Of a DNA stretch of 64,000 nt, positions 49,930 through 58,963 are shown piece after piece; positions within the stretch are counted from its first letter, which is position 1, and the number at the start of each line of letters is the position of its first letter. The stretch lies in NCBI GenBank assembly GCA_963805065.1, contig CAWDSS010000010.1, forward strand, positions 1,112,359 through 1,176,358, in the 5' to 3' direction. The translations under genes and the position numbers were made by a program. This stretch comes from Candidatus Omnitrophota bacterium (GTDB lineage Bacteria > Omnitrophota > Gorgyraeia > Gygaellales > Profunditerraquicolaceae). The notes below the pieces were generated by a model. That model saw nothing but the letters and a program-made list of their open reading frames with translations, did no database searches and was not told where the DNA came from.

Positions 49930-50447
49930 TGAATCTGATATTTTCTTCGTCAAGCGGTTTTTGCGGGTCCTGCCGAGGCACGTTCCTCGCGTCATCGCTC
50001 GCAATTCCCCAGCGTGGAATTGCTTCGCTCAAGCGGAAGCCTTCGCTCTTGGATACTTGTTTAACGAGGCAAACCATGCCCGCTTCGGCTTCCTTATGTG
50101 CCGCTCGTAACATGCCTCGTCACCCGCAAAAAATCCATTTTGATGCTCGAAATTCAGCCAGATTCATTTACAGCTATTCCCGAGCGCCTGCTATATTAGC
50201 GGGTGGCTTGGGGTGCACCTTGCCTTAAAGGATAGGCAAGTGCGTCCTTTTGGACTGATTTTGAGCGAGGCATGGAGGCGAGGAGCGGGCACGGATGCCC
50301 CTCGTAAATGAAGCCTGGCAGAGCGACGAAGCCGAGATGAGCGAAGTTTTGCCTCGCAGGGGCAAAACGAGCGTCCTCGCGAGAAACACCCCAAGACAGG
50401 ACCCGCGTAATGTAGAAAGCGAGAAAACCGGTAGGTTCATTAGCAAG
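49925..50447 (+). ncRNA. GC-rich two-domain structured element, copy B (candidate large ncRNA)
   Basis: Domain 1 is closed by 49950-49972 / 50105-50125. Domain 2 is closed by 50189-50205 / 50387-50406. Internal hairpins lie at 49993-50015, 50206-50232 and 50346-50368. Fills the nrnA-ribF gap exactly. Confidence 0.6.
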
Positions 50448-50453
50448 GAAATT

Positions 50454-51347
50454 ATGAAAATTATTCGAGGCATTAGCCAGATCAGAAAATTTAAGAACTC
50501 TGTAATTGCGCTGGGCGTATTTGACGGCGTGCATGTAGGTCATAGGATCATTCTAAAGGCTGCCGTAGCGAAAGCCCGCAGCATAAAAGGTACCAGCGTA
50601 GTCTTGACTTTTTGGCCTCACCCGCAAAAAGAAGAAAGCCTCTATTCATTGGAGCACCGCCTAAGATTAATAGAAGAAATAGGCGTAGATATTTGCATAG
50701 TCGTGAAATTCACTCCTAAGTTCGCCAGGATTACCGCAGATAATTTTATAAAGAATATTTTAGTCAAGAAACTTTCCTGCAGGTATATTTATGTTGGCAG
50801 CAATTTTAGTTTCGGAAAAGACGCCAGAGGAAATTACCAAACACTGACAAGGTTCTCCCGTAAATATAATTTTAAATTAAGGGTTTTCTATGTGGTTAAA
50901 CTTAATAATAAACCCATAAGCAGCACCTATATCAGGAAATTAGTGAAGGCAGGCAGGCTAGAAGAAGCAGGAACGCTCCTTACGCGTCCGGTAAGTATCC
51001 TGGGCACAGTCGTAAAAGGTAATGTCCTGGGCCGTTCGTTAGGTTTCCCTACGGCCAACATTAACCCTCATCATGAAGTAATTCCTCCCAGCGGTGTGTA
51101 TGCAGTGCGCGCAATCCTTGAGAATAAAGAATTTAAAGGCATCTGTTATATCGGTACCAGGCCGACCTTAAAAGGCAAAAGAGCCTTACGCATAGAAGTG
51201 CACATGTTTAATTTCCAAAAAAATATTTATAGCAGATATCTAGAGATTCAGTTTATAAAAAAGATAAGGGATGAAAGGAAATTTGATTCTCTCCTATCAT
51301 TAGCAAAACAAATCAGAAAAGACATAATTTCCGCAAAAAAACTGTAA
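50454..51347 (+). CDS. ribF: Bifunctional riboflavin kinase / FMN adenylyltransferase
   Basis: GVFDGVHVGH (FAD synthetase) and GFPTANI (riboflavin kinase). ATG 50454 follows AAGGAA. The ORF-track start at 50295 lies inside the GC-rich element. Confidence 0.92.
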   Translation: MKIIRGISQIRKFKNSVIALGVFDGVHVGHRIILKAAVAKARSIKGTSVVLTFWPHPQKEESLYSLEHRLRLIEEIGVDICIVVKFTPKFARITADNFIKNILVKKLSCRYIYVGSNFSFGKDARGNYQTLTRFSRKYNFKLRVFYVVKLNNKPISSTYIRKLVKAGRLEEAGTLLTRPVSILGTVVKGNVLGRSLGFPTANINPHHEVIPPSGVYAVRAILENKEFKGICYIGTRPTLKGKRALRIEVHMFNFQKNIYSRYLEIQFIKKIRDERKFDSLLSLAKQIRKDIISAKKL

Positions 51348-51438
51348 TTCCTCCCCTCGTCATACCACAATATATGCCCATTCAATAGCAATAAGTCCAC
51401 TACTCATTGTATTATATTAAGTTAGGTAAATATTTTTC

Positions 51439-51467
51439 TTGACAAATAAGAAGAATTTTCATATACT
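51439..51467 (+). promoter_or_regulatory. Putative dcw-cluster promoter (TTGACA-17-TATACT)
   Basis: TTGACA at 51439-51444, 17-nt spacer, TATACT at 51462-51467. Confidence 0.6.
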
Positions 51468-51476
51468 TTGGGTTAC

Positions 51477-51503
51477 AAAGTGGTAATAAGTGGAGTAAAG
51501 TGG
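51477..51503 (+). promoter_or_regulatory. Three direct (A)AAGTGG repeats at exact 10-nt phasing: putative MraZ operator
   Basis: AAAGTGG at 51477-51483, TAAGTGG at 51487-51493, AAAGTGG at 51497-51503. Immediately downstream of the -10 and upstream of mraZ. Confidence 0.65.
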
Positions 51504-51511
51504 CTGAAGTC

Positions 51512-51602
51512 ACAACTTATGGAGCGTAAGCGAACATAAGTTGTATTCAAAATAATTTAAGGAGGATTGACTTATGTCGTCCTTGTGGACTCCATAAGTC
51601 AA
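51512..51602 (+). repeat. Two hairpins of the CTTATG/CATAAG family in the mraZ leader
   Basis: ACAACTTATG (51512-51521) / CATAAGTTGT (51535-51544), with a GGAGCGTAAGCGAA loop related to copy 2. Also TTGACTTATG (51567-51576) / CATAAGTCAA (51593-51602). Confidence 0.75.
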
Positions 51603-51613
51603 GTGCTCAACAA

Positions 51614-52051
51614 ATGTTTTATGGCGAATATCTGCATTCAATAGACCGCAAAGGCCGCCTTATATTGCCTGCCAAATTTCGTGAAGTTGCCAAAGGCAAT
51701 TTTATAGAAAAATTTTTTGTTACCCGCGGTTTGGACAAATGTCTGTTTATGTTTGCGGAAGAGGAATGGCGCGCACAGGAAGCAAAATTTAAGTCCATAA
51801 CTTTTACCAAACAACAGGCACGCACGTTTAACCGGCTTTATTTTTCCGGAGCAGTGGAAGTACTGCCGGATAAGCAGGGTAGGATCCTACTTCCACAGTA
51901 TTTAAAGGATTTTGCCGAGATTAAAAAAGATGTGATGATTGTGGGAGTTTCAAACCGTATAGAAATCTGGGCAAAGAATAAATGGGAAGAATTTTACGGA
52001 ACCTCCCGGCAATCTTTTGAAGAGATAGCTGAAAAGTTAATGGATGTATAA
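51614..52051 (+). CDS. mraZ: Transcriptional regulator MraZ
   Basis: Duplicated SpoVT/AbrB-like halves with DRKGRLILP and DKQGRILLP. Confidence 0.95.
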   Translation: MFYGEYLHSIDRKGRLILPAKFREVAKGNFIEKFFVTRGLDKCLFMFAEEEWRAQEAKFKSITFTKQQARTFNRLYFSGAVEVLPDKQGRILLPQYLKDFAEIKKDVMIVGVSNRIEIWAKNKWEEFYGTSRQSFEEIAEKLMDV

Positions 52052-52054
52052 AAA

Positions 52055-52954
52055 GTGGCACGCAAGTTTCATACCCCAGTTATGTTAAAAGAAGTATTGG
52101 ATTATCTGAATTTAAGTCCAGGTAAGGTCATAGTGGATGCGACCACCGGCACGGGCGGCCATAGCGAAGCTATGCTGGACAGAATCTTACCTGCAGGAAA
52201 ACTTATCTGCGTTGACAGGGACCAGGAATCTTTAACCGTAGCCCGGCAACGCCTATCCAGATTCCAAGATTCCTGTGAGTTTGTGCACGGAAATTTTTCC
52301 GACATAGATACGATACTGGCAAGCCTGAATATTAAAGAAGTGGACGCCATACTTTTTGACTTGGGGATTTCTTCTTTTCAATTAGAGGATCCTCACCGCG
52401 GTTTTAGTTTCCAGAACGAAGGGCCTTTGGATATGCGCCTGGACAGGAACAGCTATATCTCGGCTTACGATTTGGTAAATAATCTTAACGAAGATGAAAT
52501 ATCTGAAATGCTTTGGACTTTTGGTCAGGAGAGATGGCATAACCGCATTGCGCATCTGGTGGTAGAGGAAAGAGAAAAACATCCTATCGCTACCACCCGT
52601 GAATTAGCAGACATAGTTGAAAAGGCAATACCTTATAGGTACCGTAACAGGCATTACCGGATTCATCCTGCAACCAGGACTTTTCAGGCAGTGCGCATTG
52701 CTGTAAACAGGGAATTGGAAACTCTGGAAGTTGCAATAAATAAGGCTATCCTGGCATTGGGCAAAGAGGGAAGAATTTGCGTAATTTCTTTTCATTCCCT
52801 GGAAGACCGGGTAGTCAAGCACAGCTTTCGTAACGCACAGGCAAACGGCTTAATACAAATAATTACCCCTAAGCCTCAAACGCCCATGCGATCGGAAATA
52901 GGAGAAAATCCTTCAAGCCGTAGCTCCAAGCTTAGAGTAGCACAGAGGCTATAA
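52055..52954 (+). CDS. rsmH: 16S rRNA (cytosine1402-N4)-methyltransferase
   Basis: HTPVML, DATTGTGGHS and DLGISS motifs. GTG start. Confidence 0.95.
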   Translation: MARKFHTPVMLKEVLDYLNLSPGKVIVDATTGTGGHSEAMLDRILPAGKLICVDRDQESLTVARQRLSRFQDSCEFVHGNFSDIDTILASLNIKEVDAILFDLGISSFQLEDPHRGFSFQNEGPLDMRLDRNSYISAYDLVNNLNEDEISEMLWTFGQERWHNRIAHLVVEEREKHPIATTRELADIVEKAIPYRYRNRHYRIHPATRTFQAVRIAVNRELETLEVAINKAILALGKEGRICVISFHSLEDRVVKHSFRNAQANGLIQIITPKPQTPMRSEIGENPSSRSSKLRVAQRL

Positions 52955-52957
52955 TTT

Positions 52958-53326
52958 ATGAAACTTCCCAAATTCCTTTCCATAGTCTGTTTTATTACCT
53001 CGTTTTCCCTGCTTTATGTCTACCAGCAGACAGAGATCTTGCGCCTTGGCTACGTCGGACAGAAAAGGTCAACGCTGTACCAGGATTTGCTTGATAAAAA
53101 TAACATCTTAAGATATAATATTAAAACTAAAGCTTCTCTGGTTGAAATCGGCAATACTTTTTCAGGCAATACCGATTATGAAATGCCAAATACCTACAGG
53201 TTAGTCAGGTTATCTCCTTCCAGAGAAGGTGCGAACTTTAAACAGCAGGCGCTAAACAGGGAAACGATCATTTCCCGGCTCTTCGGCATTAAAAGGCAGG
53301 CCGAAGCTAAAACAATCAACCCCTAA
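52958..53326 (+). CDS. ftsL: Cell division protein FtsL-like (single-TM)
   Basis: Short bitopic protein (TM FLSIVCFITSFSLLYVY) in the canonical position between rsmH and ftsI. Confidence 0.65.
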   Translation: MKLPKFLSIVCFITSFSLLYVYQQTEILRLGYVGQKRSTLYQDLLDKNNILRYNIKTKASLVEIGNTFSGNTDYEMPNTYRLVRLSPSREGANFKQQALNRETIISRLFGIKRQAEAKTINP

Positions 53327-53347
53327 CTCTCTAAATTTTAACTCATA

Positions 53348-55072
53348 GTGTATATCAGTAATTATCGCCACAGAAGCGAGGCGGTATTTCTATTTTTTGT
53401 TTTATTCCTGATATTTTGTATTACCCGCCTTTTTTTTATCCAACTCTTCCGTTCAAGCTATCTCACCGGCATAGCCAATAGACAGCACAATCTGTTTATA
53501 GAACTTGAGCCACGCAGGGGCACCATATTTGACTGTAATCTTAAGTCTCAGGCTTTAAACCTGCCGGTAGATTCACTGTATGCCTCTCCCAATGAAATGA
53601 AGGATGCTGATAAAGAAAGAGCCATAAGGCAGCTTAGTGCGGTATTGAATCTGGATCAGTCTTCCTTAATGGATAAATTCTCCCGCAAAAAATCATTTAT
53701 CTGGATTGCCAGAAAAATTACTCCCGAACAGTCACGGGCAGTCAAACAATTAAATATCAGGGGATTGGGATTATTGAAAGAAAGCAGGCGTTCGTATCCT
53801 AACAGCTATCTGGCAAGCCACATCATAGGTTTTGCCGGGTTGGATAATACGGGGCTTGAAGGAGCCGAGGTTTATTATGATAAATACATTAAGGGAGAAG
53901 CCGGATGGGCGATATTCCTGAGGGATGCCCGTCAGAAGAAATTGGATTTATGGGAAAAGATGATTTTGCCTAAGGACGGCTATAATTTGGTATTAACCAT
54001 AGATGAGGTGATCCAGTATATCGCTGAGCGGGAACTGGATAAAGCTTATAAGACCTATCATGCAAAAGGCGCAAGCATAATTGTCATGAATCCGCGAACC
54101 GGGGCAATACTTGCTTTGGCAAACCGGCCGACCTATGATTTAAACCAGCGTTCCAATGTTACAAAAGACCAGATGCGCGACCGTGCGATATGCGACTTAT
54201 TTGAGCCGGGATCGGTTTTTAAAATAGTCACTGCCTCGGCTGCAATAGAAGAAAAGAGGGTCAGCGAAGAAGATAAATTTTTCTGCGAAAACGGCGCTTA
54301 CCGCGTAGCAAACCACATACTTCATGACCATAAATCACACGGATGGCTTACCTTTAGGCAGGTAATAGAAGAGTCGAGTAATATCGGCACAACTAAGGTA
54401 GCTCAGATGTTGGGCCCGGAAGTTATCTGTAAATATGTTAAACTTTTCGGGTTCGGGTCAAAATCAGGCATAGGCCTGCCGGGAGAAGTTTCCGGGATAA
54501 CCAAGGAGGCGCGCTTCTGGTCAAAGACATCAATAGGCGCAATCCCCATAGGCCAGGAGGTAGGCGTAACTGCCTTGCAGTTAGTTTGCGCAATTTCTGT
54601 AATTGCCAATGGCGGGCAACTTATTAAACCCTACATTATACAGGAGATCCGCGATAAAGAAGGCGAAACGATTAAAAAATTCTCTCCTACCGTCATACGC
54701 CAGGCAATATCCATCGATACCGCATTAAGAATTAAGAAAATACTGGCAGGGGCTGTTGAGGAAGGGACAGGGCAGTTAGCTAAGACCCCGGGCTTAACTG
54801 CCGCAGGCAAAACCGGGACAGCGCAAAAATTAGAGCCCAATGGCACCTATTCTCACAATAAATTTGTTGCCTCATTTATCGGTTTTGCGCCGGTAGAAGA
54901 CCCAATGGTTGCTATCGTGGTTTCGGTTGATGAGCCTCACCCTTCTTATTTCGGCGGAGTAGTAGCTGCGCCGGTATTTAAAACAGTGGTAGACGATACG
55001 GTAAGGTATTTAAAAACAAAACGCCAGCCCAATGAAGTTATTGCCTTAAATGAGACTAAAAAATCTAATTAA
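53348..55072 (+). CDS. ftsI: Penicillin-binding protein (peptidoglycan D,D-transpeptidase FtsI class)
   Basis: N-terminal TM, PBP dimerisation domain, and transpeptidase motifs GSVFK (SxxK), SSN and KTGTA. Confidence 0.92.
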   Translation: MYISNYRHRSEAVFLFFVLFLIFCITRLFFIQLFRSSYLTGIANRQHNLFIELEPRRGTIFDCNLKSQALNLPVDSLYASPNEMKDADKERAIRQLSAVLNLDQSSLMDKFSRKKSFIWIARKITPEQSRAVKQLNIRGLGLLKESRRSYPNSYLASHIIGFAGLDNTGLEGAEVYYDKYIKGEAGWAIFLRDARQKKLDLWEKMILPKDGYNLVLTIDEVIQYIAERELDKAYKTYHAKGASIIVMNPRTGAILALANRPTYDLNQRSNVTKDQMRDRAICDLFEPGSVFKIVTASAAIEEKRVSEEDKFFCENGAYRVANHILHDHKSHGWLTFRQVIEESSNIGTTKVAQMLGPEVICKYVKLFGFGSKSGIGLPGEVSGITKEARFWSKTSIGAIPIGQEVGVTALQLVCAISVIANGGQLIKPYIIQEIRDKEGETIKKFSPTVIRQAISIDTALRIKKILAGAVEEGTGQLAKTPGLTAAGKTGTAQKLEPNGTYSHNKFVASFIGFAPVEDPMVAIVVSVDEPHPSYFGGVVAAPVFKTVVDDTVRYLKTKRQPNEVIALNETKKSN

Positions 55073-56513
55073 TATCCTGGATTCTGGCAGGCCAAAAGGC
55101 CTGGTTGATTTTGAAATCAAGGGCATCAGCTGTAATTCAAAAACAGTTAAACCCGGATTTATTTTTGTGGCGATAAAAGGGGTTAAACAAGACGGCAGTA
55201 AATATATTGATGAAGCGATAAACAGGGGCGCTGGGGCTTTAGTCATACAGTCGCACGCTGCAAGCTGCTCGTCCCAAGTAAAAATACCTTTTATAACAGT
55301 TAAAGATTCACGCTGTGCTTTAGCAAAATTGGCCACAGAATTTTACGGGAATGCTTCTTCAAAAATAAAAGTGGTAGGCGTTACCGGTACAAACGGAAAA
55401 ACTACCATTACATATTTAATTGAGAATATATTAAGGAAAGCCAAAACCTCACCCGCAGTAATAGGCACAATTAATTACCGTTTTAAAAACAAATCCGTCC
55501 CTTCAAAAAATACTACTCCCGGCCCTGTTGAGCTTCAGGCAATGTTAGCTGATATGCTTAAGTCTTCGGTGAATTATGCAATTATGGAAGTTTCATCGCA
55601 TGCGCTGGACCAGGATAGGACGCAAGGTGTAAGGTTTCATTCCGCTATTTTTACTAATCTTACACAGGACCATCTTGATTACCATAAAACGATTGGCAAT
55701 TATTTTCAGGCTAAAGCCAAATTGTTTAGGAGCCTGGATGCAAAGGCATTTGCGGTAATTAATAATGATGATAAATATGGCAGGAGACTTAAAGGTATAA
55801 CTAAAGCCCATGTTATTACATATGGCATAAAGAATAAATCTCAAGTCAGAGCCGAAAATATAAAATTTGACGCAAGAAATAGCGAGTTTACATTGAATGC
55901 CTCCGGAAGGAGGATGCATTTAAAAACCAAGCTTATAGGTACACACAACATTTACAACATATTGGCAGCGGTTGCCTGGGCTAAACAAGCGGGGATCAGC
56001 GATGATAAAATAAAGCGCACAATTGAAGAATTTTCTCTTGTGCCTGGCAGGCTGGAAAGGGTTGCCCTCGCAAAAAAATTTTCTGTTTTTGTGGATTATG
56101 CACATACGCATGACGCGCTTAAGAATATCATTAAGTCCTTAAGAGAGGTATCAAAGAAGCGCATCATCGTTGTTTTTGGCTGCGGCGGAGAACGCGACAA
56201 AACAAAAAGGCCAAAGATGGGCAGGGTAGTTACGCAGTTGTCCGATTATGCGATTATCACCAATGATAATCCCCGCTCCGAGGATCCGCAGGCAATAATC
56301 AGGGATATCAAACGCGGAATCAGCAAGAACAATTTTTGCGTAATACCAGAGAGGTGCAAAGCAATAAAGAAGTCTTTAACACTGGCGAACGAAGGAGACG
56401 TTGTACTTATAGCCGGTAAGGGGCATGAGAATTATCAGGTCCTAAAAGACAAAGTCATACATTTTGACGACCGCGAGTGGGTGAGAAAATGTTTACAGTC
56501 AATGAATTGTTAA
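55050..56513 (+). CDS. murE: UDP-N-acetylmuramoyl-L-alanyl-D-glutamate--2,6-diaminopimelate ligase
   Basis: GVTGTNGKTT P-loop and the DNPRSEDP motif typical of MurE. Confidence 0.93.
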   Translation: MRLKNLINILDSGRPKGLVDFEIKGISCNSKTVKPGFIFVAIKGVKQDGSKYIDEAINRGAGALVIQSHAASCSSQVKIPFITVKDSRCALAKLATEFYGNASSKIKVVGVTGTNGKTTITYLIENILRKAKTSPAVIGTINYRFKNKSVPSKNTTPGPVELQAMLADMLKSSVNYAIMEVSSHALDQDRTQGVRFHSAIFTNLTQDHLDYHKTIGNYFQAKAKLFRSLDAKAFAVINNDDKYGRRLKGITKAHVITYGIKNKSQVRAENIKFDARNSEFTLNASGRRMHLKTKLIGTHNIYNILAAVAWAKQAGISDDKIKRTIEEFSLVPGRLERVALAKKFSVFVDYAHTHDALKNIIKSLREVSKKRIIVVFGCGGERDKTKRPKMGRVVTQLSDYAIITNDNPRSEDPQAIIRDIKRGISKNNFCVIPERCKAIKKSLTLANEGDVVLIAGKGHENYQVLKDKVIHFDDREWVRKCLQSMNC

Positions 56514-57859
56514 TTGCCACAAAAGGCAAATTAATTTCCGGCAGGGGGAATGTGAGAGTTCCCGGGGTTTGCATAGACTCGCGTGAAATCCAGCAAAATG
56601 AGGTCTTTATCGCCATAAAAGGAAATAATTTTGACGGGCATGATTTTATCCCGGAAACAATAAAGAAAGGTGCGGGCGCAATTATTGCAGAGCAGAAAGC
56701 GGCGCGGTTAGCATGCAGCGTAAACCCCCCCCTTATTATAGTCAAGGACTCTGTAAAAGCATTGGGCGACATAGCAAGATACTCTCGAAATAAGTTTGAT
56801 ATCCCGCTGATTGCAGTTACAGGCAGTAACGGTAAGACTACAACAAAAGAAATGATTTCCTGCGTATTATCAGCCGGATTCAACGTCCTGAAAAACGCAG
56901 GGACAAAGAATAATCATATCGGAGTGCCTCTGACTTTGGTAAATTTAAGCAGCCAGCATGAAATTTGCGTGCTGGAAATAGGCACCAACCATTTCAAAGA
57001 GGTAAGTTACATTGCCGGCATCTGTAATCCCAATATCGCAATTATTACCAACATAGGCCAATCGCATTTGGAACATTTCCGTAATTTAGAAGGCGTATTT
57101 AAAGAAAAAATTAGCCTGATAAAATATCTTAGGAAGCCGTTTATTGCCATACTGAATGCCGATGACGTTTTCTTTAAAAAAGAAATTTCTCGAAAGCAAA
57201 AAAATAGATTTATCTTAAGTTTCGGGATTAAAGAAAAATCTGACTTCCAGGCAGGCAATATCAAGGCAGGAAACTGCCAGCTCAGCTTCCTGGTTAACAA
57301 AAAATATAAATTTACATTGAACACTACAGGGTATTATAATGTTTATAATGCATTAGCTGCAATAGCGGCAGGAAGGGTCTTCGGGCTGGAATATAAAGAT
57401 ATGATTCCCCGATTATCTGTTTTTAATTTCCCCTCCGGCAGGCTTAACCTAATAGAATTAGACAATATAAAATTTATTGACGATACATATAACTCTAACC
57501 CTAATTCCCTGAAGCAGGCTTTGAGCGCTTTAGAAAACTTAAACACCACCGGCAGAAAAATCTTTGTCATGGGCGATATGCTGGAGTTGGGCAGCCTCAA
57601 AAATACCCTCCACCGCCAGGCCGCTAAGATCGCTGTTAAGGTATGCGACGTATTAATAACAGTGGGCGGCCTTTCCCGGGCAGCAGCCAAGGCAGCAAGG
57701 GATAGCGGCCTGGAAGCGAAAAACATTTTTAGCTGCGATTCAAGTTTAGAGGCGCGAAAGATTCTGTTTGATGAGGTTTTAGCTAATTCCAAAGATATAA
57801 TACTTGTCAAGGGCTCACGGGCAATGAAAATGGAAGAAGTTTTTAAAAAACAGGGCTAA
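56477..57859 (+). CDS. murF: UDP-N-acetylmuramoyl-tripeptide--D-alanyl-D-alanine ligase
   Basis: AVTGSNGKTTTKEM P-loop and Mur ligase domains. The start could be ATG 56489 instead of GTG 56477. Confidence 0.92.
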   Translation: MGEKMFTVNELLIATKGKLISGRGNVRVPGVCIDSREIQQNEVFIAIKGNNFDGHDFIPETIKKGAGAIIAEQKAARLACSVNPPLIIVKDSVKALGDIARYSRNKFDIPLIAVTGSNGKTTTKEMISCVLSAGFNVLKNAGTKNNHIGVPLTLVNLSSQHEICVLEIGTNHFKEVSYIAGICNPNIAIITNIGQSHLEHFRNLEGVFKEKISLIKYLRKPFIAILNADDVFFKKEISRKQKNRFILSFGIKEKSDFQAGNIKAGNCQLSFLVNKKYKFTLNTTGYYNVYNALAAIAAGRVFGLEYKDMIPRLSVFNFPSGRLNLIELDNIKFIDDTYNSNPNSLKQALSALENLNTTGRKIFVMGDMLELGSLKNTLHRQAAKIAVKVCDVLITVGGLSRAAAKAARDSGLEAKNIFSCDSSLEARKILFDEVLANSKDIILVKGSRAMKMEEVFKKQG

Positions 57860-57865
57860 TCTTAT

Positions 57866-58954
57866 ATGCTGTATCATTTACTTTATCCTTTGCACGAAAT
57901 TTTCTCAATACTTAACATTTTCCGCTATATTACGTTTCGTAGCGCCGGGGCAGCCTTAACTGCATTCATTATCAGTTTAATCTTCGGCCCCATCCTGATT
58001 AAGAGGCTACAAAAATTAAAAATCGGAGAAAATGTAAGGGTTGAAGAAAGTAAACGCCTCCATGAATTACAAGCCAATAAACAGGATACCCCGACTATGG
58101 GCGGGATTCTCATATTGGCAGCGATTACCATTTCAACCTTGCTTTGGGCGGATATATCCAATAAATATGTATTAATCGCATTATTCGCTACGCTTTGGCT
58201 GGGCGTCACCGGATTTATTGACGATTATATAAAACAGAAAAAGAAGAAATCAAAGGGCCTCTCCGCAACTGCAAAATTGACCAGCCAAATAGTTCTTGGG
58301 CTTATATTGGGCGTAATCTTATTATTAGATTCACAGATGAACATAAAATTGGATATACCTTTCTTTAAGGATATCAATTTTAATCTGGACGGATTTTATA
58401 TCTTATTTGTAATTATGGTGATTGCCGGCACATCCAACGCAGTAAACTTAAGCGACGGGCTTGACGGGTTAGCCATAGGCATTGTGGTGATGGTAGCAAT
58501 CGCATTTAGCGTGCTGTCTTATGTTTCGGGTAACCTGAAATTCAGCAATTACCTTCTGATTCCTTTTATTAAAGGCAGCGGAGAATTAACAGTATTTTGT
58601 GCAAGCATACTGGGTGCAGGTTTAGGATTCCTGTGGTTTAACTGTTATCCGGCGTCTATTTTTATGGGAGACGTGGGGTCTCTCGCCTTGGGAGGCGCTT
58701 TAGGGACAGTGGCGCTGTTGATTAAGAAAGAATTGCTCTTAATAATGGTGGGTGGAATTTTTGTTTTAGAGGCGCTTTCAGTAATTTTACAGGTATTTTC
58801 TTTCCGGCTGTTTAAGAAACGAATTTTTAAGATTGCTCCTTTGCATCACCATTTCCAATTCCTTGACTGGCCGGAGAATAAAGTTATAGTAAGGTTCTGG
58901 ATTCTAGCTGGTCTATTAGCACTCCTTACAATAGTCACCCTGAAAATAAGATAG
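57866..58954 (+). CDS. mraY: Phospho-N-acetylmuramoyl-pentapeptide transferase
   Basis: Polytopic membrane protein with NAVNLSDGLDGLA and APLHHHF motifs. Confidence 0.95.
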   Translation: MLYHLLYPLHEIFSILNIFRYITFRSAGAALTAFIISLIFGPILIKRLQKLKIGENVRVEESKRLHELQANKQDTPTMGGILILAAITISTLLWADISNKYVLIALFATLWLGVTGFIDDYIKQKKKKSKGLSATAKLTSQIVLGLILGVILLLDSQMNIKLDIPFFKDINFNLDGFYILFVIMVIAGTSNAVNLSDGLDGLAIGIVVMVAIAFSVLSYVSGNLKFSNYLLIPFIKGSGELTVFCASILGAGLGFLWFNCYPASIFMGDVGSLALGGALGTVALLIKKELLLIMVGGIFVLEALSVILQVFSFRLFKKRIFKIAPLHHHFQFLDWPENKVIVRFWILAGLLALLTIVTLKIR

Positions 58955-58963
58955 CCCAATCAA

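Noticed and set aside
50295-50453. Long N-terminal extension of ribF in the ORF track (start at 50295).
   Set aside because: The extension is read through the GC-rich element and has no similarity to RibF. The conserved FAD-synthetase N-terminus (MKIIRG...GVFDGVHVGH) starts at ATG 50454, with AAGGAA upstream.
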